DNA of 64,000 nt from an uncultured bacterium (GCA_949296775.1 CASFQA010000005.1:3320-67319), one strand, 5' to 3'; counted from the stretch's first letter, positions 37,845-50,100 are shown. Notes: generated by a model from the sequence alone, not told the origin. Made by a program: numbers and translations.

Positions 37845-39938
37845 TTATTTGCCGGAAGCCTTCTTCACGACCGCGTCTTGGATGAAGCGCGGGCATTCGC
37901 CATAGTGGTCGAAGGTCATCGTGAAGTTGCCGCGGCCTTGGGTCAACGAGCGAAGGTCGGTGACGTAGCCGAACATCTCGGCGAGCGGGATCTCGGCGTC
38001 GATCTGCTTGGCGTTGCCCCGCTGGGTTTCCCCGGTCATGTTGCCGCGCCGGCGAGCGATATCGCCGATGACGTCGCCATAATACTGCTCCGGAACGGTG
38101 ATCTCGACCTTCATGATCGGCTCAAGAAGGACCGGGTCGCACTTCGGGGCAGCGGCCTTGAGGGCCATCGAAGCGGCGATCTTATAGGCGGCTTCCGAGG
38201 AGTCGACGTCGTGGTAGGACCCGTCGAAGAGGGTGGCTTTGACATCGATTAGCGGATAGCCGGCGATGACGCCGCGGGTGAGGGCATCCTCCAACCCTTG
38301 CTGGGTCGGTTTGATGAATTCCTTCGGGACGGCGCCGCCGACGATGGCGTCGACGAACTCGAAGCCTTTGCCCGGGTTCGGCTCGAAGCGGATCCAGACA
38401 TCGCCGTATTGGCCGTGGCCGCCGGTCTGCTTGACGTAGCGTCCCTCGGCTTCCCCGGTCTTGCGGATGGTCTCGCGGTAGTTGACCTGCGGGGCCCCGA
38501 CGTTGACCTCAACCTTGAATTCGCGGCGCATCCGCTCGACGAGGACGTCGAGTTGGAGCTCACCGACGCCGGCGATGATGGTTTGGCCGGAATCGGGATC
38601 GGTATGGACGCGGAAGGTCGGGTCTTCCTCGGCGAGTTTGGTAAGGGCGACCGACATCTTCTCCTGGTCGGCCTTGGTCTTCGGCTCAACCGCTTCTTCG
38701 AGAACCGGTTCGGGGAAGACGAGGTTTTCCAAGACGACCGGTTCGTCCTCGGTGCAGAGGGTGTCGCCGGTGGTGGTCGACTTGAGGCCGACGATGGCCC
38801 CGATTTCGCCAGCGTGGAGCATCTCCACTTCCTGACGGTGGTTGGCGTGCATCAAGACAAGGCGGGCGATCCGTTCCTTGACCCCGTGGGAGGAGTTATA
38901 GACATAGGAACCGCTCTTGAGGACGCCTTGATAGACGCGGACGTAGGCTAACCGGCCGATGAAGGGGTCGGTCGCGATCTTGAAGGCCAAACCGATGAAA
39001 GGCTTGTCATCGGTCGGCTCGCAGACGTAATCCTCGCCGTTGAGGGTCCCTTTCTCGCCCGGGATGTCGAGCGGGGATGGGAGGTATTCGACGACGGCGT
39101 CGAGCAACGGCTGGATGCACTTGTTCTTGTAAGCCGAGCCGCAGAGGACCGGGAAGAACTCGCCGGTCAAGACGGCTTTGCGGATGGTCTTCTTGATGAT
39201 GTCGGCCGGGACGTCTTCGCCTTCGAGGACCATCATCATGAGGTCATCGTCGAAGGCGGCGAGCTTCTCAAGCAGGGTCGAGCGGTATTCGTCGACCTTG
39301 GCTTGGTATTCGGCCGGGATGTCGGTGATGGTCGGGGCATCGTTTTTGTCGTCCCCGTAGACATAGGCTTTCTTCTCGATGATGTCGATGCAGCCTTTGA
39401 AGTTCGATTCGCGGCCGATCGGGCATTGGATGGCGGCGGCGTTGGCGGCTAGCCTCTCATGAAGCGAGGCGACACACATATCGAAGTCGGCCCCGGTGGC
39501 GTCCATCTTGTTGCAGAAGACGATCCGCGGGACGTTGTACTTGGTGCCTTGGCGCCAGACGGTCTCGGTTTGCGGCTCGACGCCGTTTTTCGAATCGAGG
39601 ACGGTGACGGCCCCGTCAAGGACGCGGAGGGAGCGCTCGACCTCGACGGTGAAGTCGACGTGCCCCGGAGTGTCGATGATGTTGAACCGGTTGCCTTTCC
39701 AGAAGCAGGTGGTCGCCGAAGAGGTGATGGTGATGCCCCGCTCCTGCTCCTCTTCCATCCAGTCCATGGTGGCGGTGCCTTCGTGGACTTCGCCGATCTT
39801 GTGGGTCCGGCCGGTGTAATAGAGGATACGCTCGGTCGTGGTGGTCTTGCCGGCGTCGATGTGGGCCATGATCCCGATGTTCCGGGTATGGGGAAGGTCG
39901 TAGGATTCGGTTTCGCTAATGATGTTTTCGTCAGCCAT
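37845..39938 (-). CDS. fusA: Elongation factor G
   Basis: [34 protein letters not shown]. Confidence 0.99.
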   Translation of the reverse strand: MADENIISETESYDLPHTRNIGIMAHIDAGKTTTTERILYYTGRTHKIGEVHEGTATMDWMEEEQERGITITSSATTCFWKGNRFNIIDTPGHVDFTVEVERSLRVLDGAVTVLDSKNGVEPQTETVWRQGTKYNVPRIVFCNKMDATGADFDMCVASLHERLAANAAAIQCPIGRESNFKGCIDIIEKKAYVYGDDKNDAPTITDIPAEYQAKVDEYRSTLLEKLAAFDDDLMMMVLEGEDVPADIIKKTIRKAVLTGEFFPVLCGSAYKNKCIQPLLDAVVEYLPSPLDIPGEKGTLNGEDYVCEPTDDKPFIGLAFKIATDPFIGRLAYVRVYQGVLKSGSYVYNSSHGVKERIARLVLMHANHRQEVEMLHAGEIGAIVGLKSTTTGDTLCTEDEPVVLENLVFPEPVLEEAVEPKTKADQEKMSVALTKLAEEDPTFRVHTDPDSGQTIIAGVGELQLDVLVERMRREFKVEVNVGAPQVNYRETIRKTGEAEGRYVKQTGGHGQYGDVWIRFEPNPGKGFEFVDAIVGGAVPKEFIKPTQQGLEDALTRGVIAGYPLIDVKATLFDGSYHDVDSSEAAYKIAASMALKAAAPKCDPVLLEPIMKVEITVPEQYYGDVIGDIARRRGNMTGETQRGNAKQIDAEIPLAEMFGYVTDLRSLTQGRGNFTMTFDHYGECPRFIQDAVVKKASGK

Positions 39939-39956
39939 AAATCTTTTCCTATTGGT

Positions 39957-40427
39957 TTACCAACGATAATGGGCGTAGGCCTTGTTGGCTTCGGCCATTT
40001 TGTGGACGTCTTCCTTCTTCTTGACGGAAGCGCCGGTGCCATTGGCGGCGTCGATGATCTCAGCCGCGAGTTTGTTCTCCATGGTCTTCTCGCCGCGGAG
40101 CCGGGCATAGGTCACGAGCCAGCGGAGGCCGAGGGTCTGTTTCCGTTCCGGGGAAACCTCGACCGGAACCTGGTAGTTGGCGGCGCCGATCCGGCGGACT
40201 TTGAGTTCGACTTCCGGCATGATGTTGTTGATCGCGGTCGCGAAGACGTCGATCGCCGGCTTGCCGGTCTTCTCCTCGATTTGCTTGAAGGCCTTGTAGA
40301 TGATGGTTTGGGCGGTGCCCCGTTTGCCATCATACATAACCCGGTTGATGAGGCGGGTGACGAGCTTGGAGTTATAAACCGGGTCGGGTAGGACGTCCCG
40401 TTTCTCAACTGAACCTTTTCTTGGCAT
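39957..40427 (-). CDS. rpsG: 30S ribosomal protein S7
   Basis: [22 protein letters not shown]. Confidence 0.99.
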   Translation of the reverse strand: MPRKGSVEKRDVLPDPVYNSKLVTRLINRVMYDGKRGTAQTIIYKAFKQIEEKTGKPAIDVFATAINNIMPEVELKVRRIGAANYQVPVEVSPERKQTLGLRWLVTYARLRGEKTMENKLAAEIIDAANGTGASVKKKEDVHKMAEANKAYAHYRW

Positions 40428-40441
40428 GGTTAATTATCTCC

Positions 40442-40861
40442 TTACTTCGATTCCTTCGGCTTCTTGGTGCCGTAGAGGGAGCGGCCTTGGCGGCGGGCTT
40501 CGATGCCGGCGCAGTCGAGGCAGCCGCGGATGATGTGGTAACGGACACCCGGGAGGTCTTTGACACGGCCGCCGCGGATCATGACGGTCGAGTGCTCCTG
40601 GAGGTTGTGCCCTTCCCCGCCGATATAGGCGGTGACTTCGTAGCCGTTAGACAAACGGACACGGGCGTACTTCCGAAGAGCCGAGTTCGGTTTCTTCGGG
40701 GTCATGGTGCCGACACGGGTGCAGACGCCCCGCTTCTGGGCGGAGGGCTGGTTGCTGCTCCGTTTGGTCAACGAGTTCCATCTCTTCCCGAGAGCCGGGG
40801 ATTTGGACTTCTTGACGGCGGAGACGCGGCCCTGCCGAACTAACTGATTGATGGTTGGCAT
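40442..40861 (-). CDS. rpsL: 30S ribosomal protein S12
   Basis: [30 protein letters not shown]. Confidence 0.99.
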   Translation of the reverse strand: MPTINQLVRQGRVSAVKKSKSPALGKRWNSLTKRSSNQPSAQKRGVCTRVGTMTPKKPNSALRKYARVRLSNGYEVTAYIGGEGHNLQEHSTVMIRGGRVKDLPGVRYHIIRGCLDCAGIEARRQGRSLYGTKKPKESK

Positions 40862-40963
40862 TTTGCGTGATTTCTCCTTAATTTTCTTTCACACGTATCC
40901 CGGCGTATCAGCGCCAGGGGTCCGAACTAGGGTGAACTAAGCCCTATTTCGCGTCCGGGCGCA

Positions 40964-40992
40964 ATTTTAGACTAGGGTTAATTGGTAGTCAA
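40964..40992 (-). promoter_or_regulatory. Sigma-A promoter of the str operon
   Basis: TTGACT-N17-TAAAAT on the minus strand about 100 nt upstream of rpsL. Confidence 0.65.
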
Positions 40993-41374
40993 ACAATATT
41001 TGAAGATCTTAATCGACCGCCATATAGGAAAACAAATTTAAATCCTTATAAAAGAAATAAGGGCTTTTCCGCTAAGCCCTTCCCGCCGATCGTTCGGATA
41101 TAGTTCTATTTGGTCTTGCAATAACCCCGTAGGACGGATCGATTTCCAACCACAGTAAACGATGCCGGTTTTTGATGAACCCTTCGTCGAGCGATTGGCA
41201 TCGGTAATCATCGAGCGTCAAGCCCAAGGCTTTGTTGTATCCGCGCAAAGCCTTCGTCTCGACTGAACCGGGGAGGAAAACTGATCGAGTAGCGGCGCCT
41301 CTTAAACCCAGATTCATCCACCGATTAAAATGACTGCAAAACCTTTTATTGACGGGCAAAACAATGGATGGGGA

Positions 41375-42889
41375 TTAACGCTTCTGGGTGAACCTGACCG
41401 TCGCCTCGCTCCCCGAAAGATAGGTAACCTCGAACTCAAATCCCAGGTCACCGAAACCAAAACCCAAATCGGCGAAGTCGTCGCCTTTAATGCCATCCCC
41501 TTCATAGAAGAGGGCTTCGGAGGTGGTCCGGGTCGCCCCATTCTCGCTGAAGGTTTTAACCGAGTCGCTGGCGACGTAATAATCGGCTAAGGCGGCCGAC
41601 CCGCTGCCCTTGTCCAGCAGTTGGATGAGATAGGGGGCGGTTAAGGCGTTGTCGTGACAATAATTCAGCCCTTGGCCTTCCCCGACCACCGAGTCCTCCC
41701 GGAAGGGTTCGATCAACCGGGTATTGTCGTAAACCCCGAGCTCAGAATTGACCCGATAGACCTTAATCCCGGGCTTTTCGGGGAGACGGGAGCTTAAGCC
41801 CCGATGAGAGGAAGCATCCTTGCCGTTTAGCAATCCCGGGGTGTAAAGCTCCAAAAGGATATATTCGTCATAAGGGGTCATGTTCCAGTCAGGGGCAAGC
41901 AAAATGCATTCGTTATTAAAGGTCGACTGGCGGATGGTGATCTCGCAATCCCCGGTCACGACGAAAGGGCGCGACCAATTGAGCAAGAGCTTGGAGAAGG
42001 CGTTTTGGTCCCCAACCGAGCAATCCATCATGTCCATCCGCCCCAAGGGGGAACGGCGAAGCGACCCATCGACCGTATCGTAATAATCCTCTAACCCCAA
42101 CAGGTGGCCGGTCTCATGGATGAAGGTATGGGCGTCAGGCAATATATCGTCGCCGGTCATATAGATGGAGGACCAGGAGATCGGGGCTGGCGAATTGATG
42201 GAGAAGGCCCAAAGCATCGAATTGGTCGAGGCGTTCACCCCCGCCATCCCAGCATAGGGGGAATCATAGAGGAAATAGGCCGGGATCGGGCTCTCCTTAT
42301 AAAAATCCTTCAACCGGATATAGGCTGAGTTGTAATTCTCCTCAAACCATTCCATGGCTTCGTTGTAAATGGCGGTCAAGGTCGATTTGGCCCCCGACCC
42401 CGCCCGCTCGGCCAATTCCTCGACCGTATAGGGGCAAGGGAAGAAGGAATCGGCGATCTCGAAATCCAATAAAAGCCGGCCGCCCGAGCAATACCAATAA
42501 TAGCTGCGGACCGATTGGTAGACCGTATCCTCCTCTTCCCCCATGAAGGCGGCGGCGATCCGGGTGAGGTCGGGGGCGGTCGAGGTCGCGAAGCCGACCG
42601 GGATCAGGGCAAGGGGCACCTCCCCGACGCTAGGCAGGCAATAGGACTTCTCCCCATAAGGGGCGAAGTGGCTCATCGTTTCCTGCCGAGTGGCGACCGA
42701 ATAATCCTTCTCTTTCCCCTTCAAGCTCTTCCATTCGGCTATGCGATAGTATCCATCCCCTTGAAAGGAAGCGAAACTAGGGTCGGTCAGTTCGGCGCTG
42801 AATTTCTCATAAGTCAATTCCGACCGGAAGCAAGAGGAAAGAAAAGGGAGCAGTAGCAAAGCCAATGCCGATTGCTTTTTCGCCGTCAT
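41375..42889 (-). CDS. M6 (immune inhibitor A-like) zinc metalloprotease lipoprotein
   Basis: LSSC lipobox; SVRSYY..S.G; HETGHLLGLEDYYD; DMMD Met-turn; EYILLE; start ATG 42889 with AGGAGG RBS. Confidence 0.85.
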   Translation of the reverse strand: MTAKKQSALALLLLPFLSSCFRSELTYEKFSAELTDPSFASFQGDGYYRIAEWKSLKGKEKDYSVATRQETMSHFAPYGEKSYCLPSVGEVPLALIPVGFATSTAPDLTRIAAAFMGEEEDTVYQSVRSYYWYCSGGRLLLDFEIADSFFPCPYTVEELAERAGSGAKSTLTAIYNEAMEWFEENYNSAYIRLKDFYKESPIPAYFLYDSPYAGMAGVNASTNSMLWAFSINSPAPISWSSIYMTGDDILPDAHTFIHETGHLLGLEDYYDTVDGSLRRSPLGRMDMMDCSVGDQNAFSKLLLNWSRPFVVTGDCEITIRQSTFNNECILLAPDWNMTPYDEYILLELYTPGLLNGKDASSHRGLSSRLPEKPGIKVYRVNSELGVYDNTRLIEPFREDSVVGEGQGLNYCHDNALTAPYLIQLLDKGSGSAALADYYVASDSVKTFSENGATRTTSEALFYEGDGIKGDDFADLGFGFGDLGFEFEVTYLSGSEATVRFTQKR

Positions 42890-43012
42890 TCCGCCCTCCT
42901 TTCGCGCACGCCGATTATACTCCCTCTTCCGAATAGGAAAAGGATTGCAAATCCTTCGCCAAAGCGCGCAAAACGGATATGTATGCCGAAAACCGCGCAA
43001 ATCGGAAACAAA

Positions 43013-43038
43013 AGGAAAAGGGCTGCCGCAGCAGCCCC
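43013..43038 (-). terminator. Intrinsic terminator after rpoC
   Basis: GGGGCTGC-TGCG-GCAGCCCT followed by TTTCCTTTT. Confidence 0.8.
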
Positions 43039-43054
43039 GTTGTTGTTGATAGCC

Positions 43055-46000
43055 TTAGTCAGCGAAGTCCGGACGATCGTGTTTCTCGATGTACTGGGCT
43101 TTGACCTTGCGCATAGCCGAGCCGACATCGAACCCTTCGAGGGCCTTCGCTTCCTCTTCCGCGGTCCGGAGGCCCGTCCCCGCCGGGATGAGTTTCCCGG
43201 TGATGACGTTCTCCTTCAGCCCGTGAAGCGGATCGATCTTGCCCTTGATGGCGGCGTCGGTCAGGACCCGGGTCGTCTCCTGGAAGGAGGCGGCCGAGAG
43301 GAAGGATTCGGTTTCCAACGCCGCCTTGGTGATGCCAAGGACGAGCGGAGTGCAGACGGCCGGATGCTTCCCTTCCATCAAGGTCTTGGTGTTGACCTCG
43401 GTGAATTTCTCCACCGAGACCCGCGAACCCGGGAGGAAGCCGGTATCCCCGCCATCGCGGATGACGACCTTGCGGAGCATCTGGCGGATGATGATCTCCA
43501 AATGCTTGCAGTCGATCCCGATGCCTTGGGCGGCGTAGACCTTCTGGATTTCCTTGATGAGGTAGACTTCGAGTTTCTCGACCCCGGCGACTTTGAGCAA
43601 TTCCTTCGGGTTGATGGCCCCGTCGGTGATCTTCGAGCCGGCTTCGATATGGTCGCCTTCCTCCACCCGGAGATGGGCGGCGGCGAGGGTCTCGTATTCC
43701 TTCTCCTCGTTGTCGTTGGCGACGGTGACTAAGAACTTCTCGCCGCTCGGCTTGATCGAGGTGATGGTCCCTTCGATCTCGGAGATGGTGGCTTCGCCCT
43801 TCGGGTTCCGGGCTTCGACGAGTTCTTGGACCCGGGGGAGACCCTGGGTGATGTCCGAACCCGCCATACCGCCGGTGTGGAAGACCCGCATGGTGAGCTG
43901 GGTGCCCGGCTCGCCGATCGACTGGGCGGCCATGATGCCGACCGCTTCGCCTTTCTCGACCAATTTGCCAGTCGCCCGGTTCAGGCCATAGCAATGACGG
44001 CAGACCCCGTCTTTGGTCTGGCAGGTGAAGACCGAGCGGATCTCGACCTCATTGATGCCGGCCGCCTCGACGGCTTTGGCCTGCTCGTCGCTGATGAGGG
44101 TGTTCTCCGGCACGATGACTTCGCCCGTCGCCGGATTGACGATGTCGTGCATCGAGAACCGGCCGCTGATACGGTCGCTTAGCTTCATGATGACGGTGTC
44201 GCGGCTGGTGTCGCGGATTTCCCGCACCTTGAAGCCATGGTCGCAATGGCAATCCTCTTCCCGGACGATGACGTCTTGGGCGACGTCGACTAGACGCCGG
44301 GTGAGGTAGCCCGAGTCGGCGGTCTTAAGGGCGGTATCGGCCGAACCCTTACGGGCGCCGTGGGTATTGATGAAGAACTCGCTGACCTTCATGCCCTCCC
44401 GGTAGGAGGAGACGATCGGGAGCTCGATTTCGATGTTCTTCGGGTTGGCGACGAGCCCCTTCATGCCGATCAGCTGCTTGAAGTTGTCGACCGAGCCACG
44501 GGAGCCGGAATCGGCCATGATGATCAGCGGGTTCCGCTTATCGGCCTTCATGGCGTCTTTGATCTTATCGGCGATCTCGTCGGTGATTTTCTTCCAGATA
44601 TCGACGATCCGGCGATGCCGCTCGATGTCGGTGAGGTAGCCGTCTTCGTAGAATTGGTTGGTCTCATCGACTTTCTTATACCCTTCTTGGACCAGCGGGT
44701 ATTTCCCATCGATATCCTTGATGTCGGAGATGGCGACGGTGACCGAGCTGACCATCGAGTAATAGAACCCTTGGTCCTTGATCTTGTCGAGGACGGCCGA
44801 GGTCTTAGACGCCCCATAACGGGAGAAGACCATGTCGATGATCGGGCCGAGCTGCTTCTTGCCGATGGCGTTTTTCAAGGGCAAGGTCGCGATGTATTGG
44901 GCTAATGGCGATGGCGCCCCGGCCGAAGTGTCGAGTTTATCGCCTAAGGCGGCGGCCACGTCGGATGGGGAGACGAACCAGGACCGCATCTCCTCTTCGG
45001 AGGCGCCCGGCTTATCGTTGAGATAGGGGAAATCGTCGGGGAAGACGTTGTTGAAGATGATCTTCCCGACCGAGGTGATGAGGTATTTGTCCTTAACCCC
45101 GCTCGGCATGCCGGTTCCCTCGTCTTTATGGATCGAACGGGCCGGGATGGCGATCCGGTTATGGAGCGAGACCTCGCGGTTCTCATAAGCCAACACCACT
45201 TCGTCGGTGGTGGCGAACACCTTGCCTTCGGCGGCGAGGTAACGCTTGTTGTCCTCGATCATCTTCAAGACGGCGTCATGCTCGATGAGCCCGACGTGGT
45301 CTTCCTTCTCCTTGGCGAGCTTCGCCTGGAGTTCATCGATCCGGGACTGGAAGTCGGCTTTCGATTCCTCGGTGGTGAGGTGGAAGTTGCCAAGGATCAT
45401 GTCCTGGGACGGGATGACGATGGCTTTGCCGTCTTTGGGCGAAAGGATGTTGTTGGAGGCGAGCATCAACTCGACCGCTTCCTGCTGGGCCGCTTTGCCA
45501 AGCGGGACGTGGACGGCCATTTGGTCGCCGTCGAAGTCGGCGTTGAAGCCCGGGCAGACGAGCGGATGGAGCCGGATGGCTTTCCCTTCCACTAGCTTGG
45601 GCTGGAAGGCCTGAATCGAAAGACGGTGGAGGGTCGGGGCCCGGTTAAGGAGGACCGGATGCTCGGAGATGATCCGCTCAACGATGGTCAAGACCTCAGG
45701 GTCATAACGGTCGATGTAGCGGTCGGCGGCCTTATGGGCGGTGACGAGCCCGCTGGAGATGAGCTCGGCGGCGATGAAAGGCCGGAGGAGCTGGACCGCC
45801 ATCTCCTTCGGGATGCCGCATTGGTACATCTTCAGGTCAGGGCCGACGGCGATGACCGAACGAGCGGAATAGTCGACCCGCTTGCCAAGCAGGTTCTGGC
45901 GGAACCGGCCCGGCTTGCCCCGCAGCCCCATTGAAAGGGACTTGAGCTTCCGGTTGTTGGTCCCGGTGACGGCTTTGGTCCGGCGGCCGTTGTCGATTAG

Positions 46001-47086
46001 GGCGTCGACCGCTTCCTGAAGCATACGCTTCTCGTTGACCATGATGACCGCCGGCGCGTTGGCGTCGATCAGTTTCTTCAAACGGGAATTACGGGAGATG
46101 ACCCGACGATAGAGGTCATTGACGTCGGAGGTTGCCGAACGGCCGCCTTCGAGTTGGATCATCGGGCGGAGATCGGGCGGGATGACCGGGATGACGTCAA
46201 GGATCATCCACTCCGGCTTTTGGCCGGAATCGCGGAAAGCCTGGATGACTTCCAGCCGTTTGGAGATCTTGGTCCGGGCCTGGACGGAGGTGGCAGACTT
46301 CATCTCCTCGGTGAGGAGCTGGAATTCCTTATCGAGGTCGGTCTCGTGGAGGAGGCGTTTGATGGCCTCGGCCCCTTGGCCGAATTCGGCCCCGGTGTAT
46401 TTGCCGATGAAGGCGGCGCCGGGGTAGAAAAGGAAGGATTCCTTTCGGTCGGGGAAACGGCGGATCAAATCCTTGGCCCGTTCCTCCTCGGCCGAGCCCG
46501 GTTCAATGTAAGGCAAAGGCTTGCCGTCGCCATCGACGTCGCCCGGCTGCCGTTTGAGGATGTCTTCGATGACTTCCGGGAAGCGGGCGCGGGCGGTCGA
46601 TTCGTCGAGGTATTCCTTCTCGTTGAGGATCGAGGTGCCTTTGTTCAGGCACACCCAAGCGTTGAAGTAGATGATGTCCTCAAGCTGCTTGGGCGGGATG
46701 TCGAGGACGAGGGCCATCCGCGAGGGGATGGACTTGAGGTACCAGATATGGGAGCAAGGGGAGACGAGCTCGATATGGCCCATCCGTTCCCGCCGCCACT
46801 CCTTGGAGATGACCTCAACCCCGCATTTCTCGCAGGTGATGCCCTTGAAGCGGACTTTCTTGTATTTGCCGCAGTTGCATTCGTAGTCTTTGGCCGGGCC
46901 GAAGATCTTCTCGCAGAACAAACCGCCTTTCTCGGGCTTTTGGCTCCGATAATTGATGGTTTCGGCGCGGGTGACCTCGCCATGGCTCCAGCTCCGGATG
47001 GTCTCCGGGGAGGCGAGTCCGATTTGGACGGAGGAAAGGTCGTTGATGTCAAAGGGTTGAATCGTGTCTTTTTCTTTGTCAGCCAT
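43055..47086 (-). CDS. rpoC: RNA polymerase beta' subunit
   Basis: Zinc finger, NADFDGD, TADSGYLTRRL, GEPGTQLTM, SFQETTRVL. Confidence 0.99.
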   Translation of the reverse strand: MADKEKDTIQPFDINDLSSVQIGLASPETIRSWSHGEVTRAETINYRSQKPEKGGLFCEKIFGPAKDYECNCGKYKKVRFKGITCEKCGVEVISKEWRRERMGHIELVSPCSHIWYLKSIPSRMALVLDIPPKQLEDIIYFNAWVCLNKGTSILNEKEYLDESTARARFPEVIEDILKRQPGDVDGDGKPLPYIEPGSAEEERAKDLIRRFPDRKESFLFYPGAAFIGKYTGAEFGQGAEAIKRLLHETDLDKEFQLLTEEMKSATSVQARTKISKRLEVIQAFRDSGQKPEWMILDVIPVIPPDLRPMIQLEGGRSATSDVNDLYRRVISRNSRLKKLIDANAPAVIMVNEKRMLQEAVDALIDNGRRTKAVTGTNNRKLKSLSMGLRGKPGRFRQNLLGKRVDYSARSVIAVGPDLKMYQCGIPKEMAVQLLRPFIAAELISSGLVTAHKAADRYIDRYDPEVLTIVERIISEHPVLLNRAPTLHRLSIQAFQPKLVEGKAIRLHPLVCPGFNADFDGDQMAVHVPLGKAAQQEAVELMLASNNILSPKDGKAIVIPSQDMILGNFHLTTEESKADFQSRIDELQAKLAKEKEDHVGLIEHDAVLKMIEDNKRYLAAEGKVFATTDEVVLAYENREVSLHNRIAIPARSIHKDEGTGMPSGVKDKYLITSVGKIIFNNVFPDDFPYLNDKPGASEEEMRSWFVSPSDVAAALGDKLDTSAGAPSPLAQYIATLPLKNAIGKKQLGPIIDMVFSRYGASKTSAVLDKIKDQGFYYSMVSSVTVAISDIKDIDGKYPLVQEGYKKVDETNQFYEDGYLTDIERHRRIVDIWKKITDEIADKIKDAMKADKRNPLIIMADSGSRGSVDNFKQLIGMKGLVANPKNIEIELPIVSSYREGMKVSEFFINTHGARKGSADTALKTADSGYLTRRLVDVAQDVIVREEDCHCDHGFKVREIRDTSRDTVIMKLSDRISGRFSMHDIVNPATGEVIVPENTLISDEQAKAVEAAGINEVEIRSVFTCQTKDGVCRHCYGLNRATGKLVEKGEAVGIMAAQSIGEPGTQLTMRVFHTGGMAGSDITQGLPRVQELVEARNPKGEATISEIEGTITSIKPSGEKFLVTVANDNEEKEYETLAAAHLRVEEGDHIEAGSKITDGAINPKELLKVAGVEKLEVYLIKEIQKVYAAQGIGIDCKHLEIIIRQMLRKVVIRDGGDTGFLPGSRVSVEKFTEVNTKTLMEGKHPAVCTPLVLGITKAALETESFLSAASFQETTRVLTDAAIKGKIDPLHGLKENVITGKLIPAGTGLRTAEEEAKALEGFDVGSAMRKVKAQYIEKHDRPDFAD

Positions 47087-47100
47087 TGTTTTTCGCCTCC

Positions 47101-50100
47101 TTATTCATTCGACTCGCCGCCGCTCGTGATGGAGAGCCCTTCTTCAGCGAGGGTTTCCTCGGAGAAGACCGGCATATCATCGCGGTTGATGGCGATGCTG
47201 GCGGTCGGATCGACTTCCGGCTCGGTCGGGGACATGGTCTTCCGGATGGAGGAATTGGTCCGCCGTTCGAGCTCGATGTTATTCCGGACTAAGACGTCCA
47301 TGTCGATCTTCTTCCCGGCCTTGTCGAAGAGCTTAACGTCGAGGCCGAGCCCCATAAGCTCCTTGGTGAGGACCCGGAAGGCTTCCGGCATGCCCGGGGT
47401 CGGGATGGGGTTGCCTTTGATGATCGACTCATAGGTCTTCCGGCGGCCGACCCGGTCGTCGGATTTGATGGTGAGCATTTCCTGGAGGGTATGGGCCGCC
47501 CCGTAGGCTTCGAGGGCCCAGACTTCCATTTCGCCGAACCGCTGGCCGCCGTTTTGGGCTTTGCCGCCTAACGGCTGCTGGGTGACGAGGGCATAAGGCC
47601 CGGTCGCCCTGGCATGGAGCTTATCGATGACCATGTGGTTGAGCTTGATCATGTATTGGACGCCGACCGAGATCCGTTCGGCGAACGGTTCGCCGGTCCG
47701 CCCATCGTAGAGGACGGTCTTGCCGTCTTCGGCGAGCCCCGCCTTCTTCATGATGTCAGCGAGTTCCTCGTTGGAAACGCCGTCGAAAGCCGGGGTCGCG
47801 ACCCGCATATGCAGCTTCCGGCAGGCGAGACCTAAGTGGATCTCGAGGATCTGCCCGATGTTCATACGGGACGGAACGCCCATTGGCGAGAGGAGGATGT
47901 CGATCGGGGTGCCATCGGCTAGGAACGGCATGTCCTCGACCGGCAATATCTTCGAGATGACGCCTTTATTCCCATGGCGGCCCGACATCTTATCGCCCTC
48001 GGAGATCTTCCGCTTCTGGACGATGTAGACCCGGACCATCTCGGAAACCCCGGCCGGCAAGGTATCGCCGTTTTTCCGGGAGAAGATCTTGACGGCATGG
48101 ACGATGCCCGCCCCGCCATGGGGGACGCGCTTCGACTCGTCTTTGCCCTCTTTGGTCTTCTCGGCGAAGATAGCCATGAGGAGCTTTTCTTCCGGCGTCG
48201 GCTCGGTCTGCCCTTTCGGGGCCACTTTCCCGACGAGGATATCGCCTTCTTTGACCTCGGCGCCGGGGATGATGATGCCCCGTTCGTCGAGGAAGGCCTT
48301 CGCTTCTTCCCCAACGTTGGGGATATCGCGGGTGATTTCGTCATTGCCGAGCTTGCCGATGTGGCATTCGCAGTCGTAATGGGAGATATGGACCGAGGTG
48401 AAGGTGTCTTCCTTGACCATCCTTTCGCTCATGATGACCGCGTCTTCGTAGTTGAAGCCGTTCCAGGTCATGTAGGCGACTAAGACGTTTTGACCAAGCG
48501 AGAGCTCGCCGCCCCTCATCGCCGGGCCATCGGCGATGATTTGGCCCTTCTTGACCTCATCGCCGGCTTTGACGATGGGGATCTGGTTAAAGCAGGTGTC
48601 CTGGTTGGAGGATTGGAATTTCTCCAGCCGATAGGTGACGGGGTCTTCGTTAAGCGACTGGGTCACGATGGTCGAGGAATCGACGAAGGTGACGGTCCCG
48701 TCTTTGACGGCGACCACCGCTTCGCCGGAGTCTTTGGCGATGATGGCCTCCATACCGGTCCCGACGTAGGGGACGGAGGGGCGCAGAAGCGGAATCGCCT
48801 GACGCTGCATGTTCGCGCCCATGAGGGCCCGGGTGGCGTCATCGTGGGCTAAGAACGGAATCGAGGCCGCGCCGATGGAGACGATCTGCTTCGGCGAGAC
48901 GTCAACGTAGTTGATCCGATCCCTCCCGACCATCAGGTTATCCTCATCGTGGCGGACGGTCAGTTCGTCATCGAGGATCTCCTTGACCATCTCGTCCTTC
49001 TCGGCGTCTTTGATGCCGACGGAAGAAGCGAGGACGGGCTCGCCGAGGGAGACGTTGGCTTCGGCGATATAAAGCCCCCGTTCGTCATCGGCGGTCAAAT
49101 AATGGCAGCCGCATTTGGAATCGGAGACGTAGGCCTTGTTGCCGACGTGGTAGACGATCCGGTACGGGGTCTTGATAAACCCGTGCTCATCGACTTTGGC
49201 GTAGGAGCAAAGATAGTTGATAAGACCGATGTTCTGGCCTTCCGGGGATTCGATCGGGCAGAGGCGGCCATAATGGGTGTAGTGGACGTCGCGGACTTCG
49301 ATCGAGGCCCGGTCGCGGGTCAAGCCGCCAGGGCCTAAGGCCGAGATACGGCGCTTATTGGTCAGTTCGGCCAGCGGGTTGACCTGATCCATGAATTGGG
49401 AAAGGTTCGAGGTCGAGAAGAACTCGCGGATAGCCGAGCGAAGCGGGCGGACGTTGACGACCGATTGAAGGGTGAAGTTCAAATCGGTGACGGTCAGCTT
49501 CTGCTGGATGGTCTTGACCATCTTGGCGAGGCCGACTCGGAATTGATTCTGAAGCAATTCACCGACGCAGCGGACGCGGCGGTTGCCCAAATGGTCGATG
49601 TCATCGGTATTTCCTAAGCCGTCCATGACGTTGAGGAAATAGGAGAAGCAAGCGACCATATCGGGGATGGTGACCCGGGAGATGGTCAAGTTGGTATCGG
49701 TCCCGATCATCTGGCAGACGTGTTCCGAGGGATTGTCGTGGGCATAGACCTTGACGATGTTGACGGTCCGGTGATCCGGATCGAGCCCGATGTTCGGATT
49801 GGGCTCAAGGGTGTATTGGCAGGCCCCGTTTTCGAAGAATTCGATGTCGCGGAGGTGCTCGACTTCCTCGGCGCTCAGCTTATGGCCGGACTTGAACAGG
49901 GTGACTTCTTCCCCGTTCTCGTCGAACCCTTTGAGGTCTTGGGCCAAGACCCGGCCCGGAAGCCGTTCGTAGAGCCCGAGCTTCTGGGTGTATTTGAAAC
50001 GCCCGGCCCGCCCGAGGTCATATTGCTTGTCGTTGAAGAATTTGTTGTAGATGAAAGCGATGTTGCCTTCGTTGGTCTGCGGTTCGCCCGGCTTCAATTT

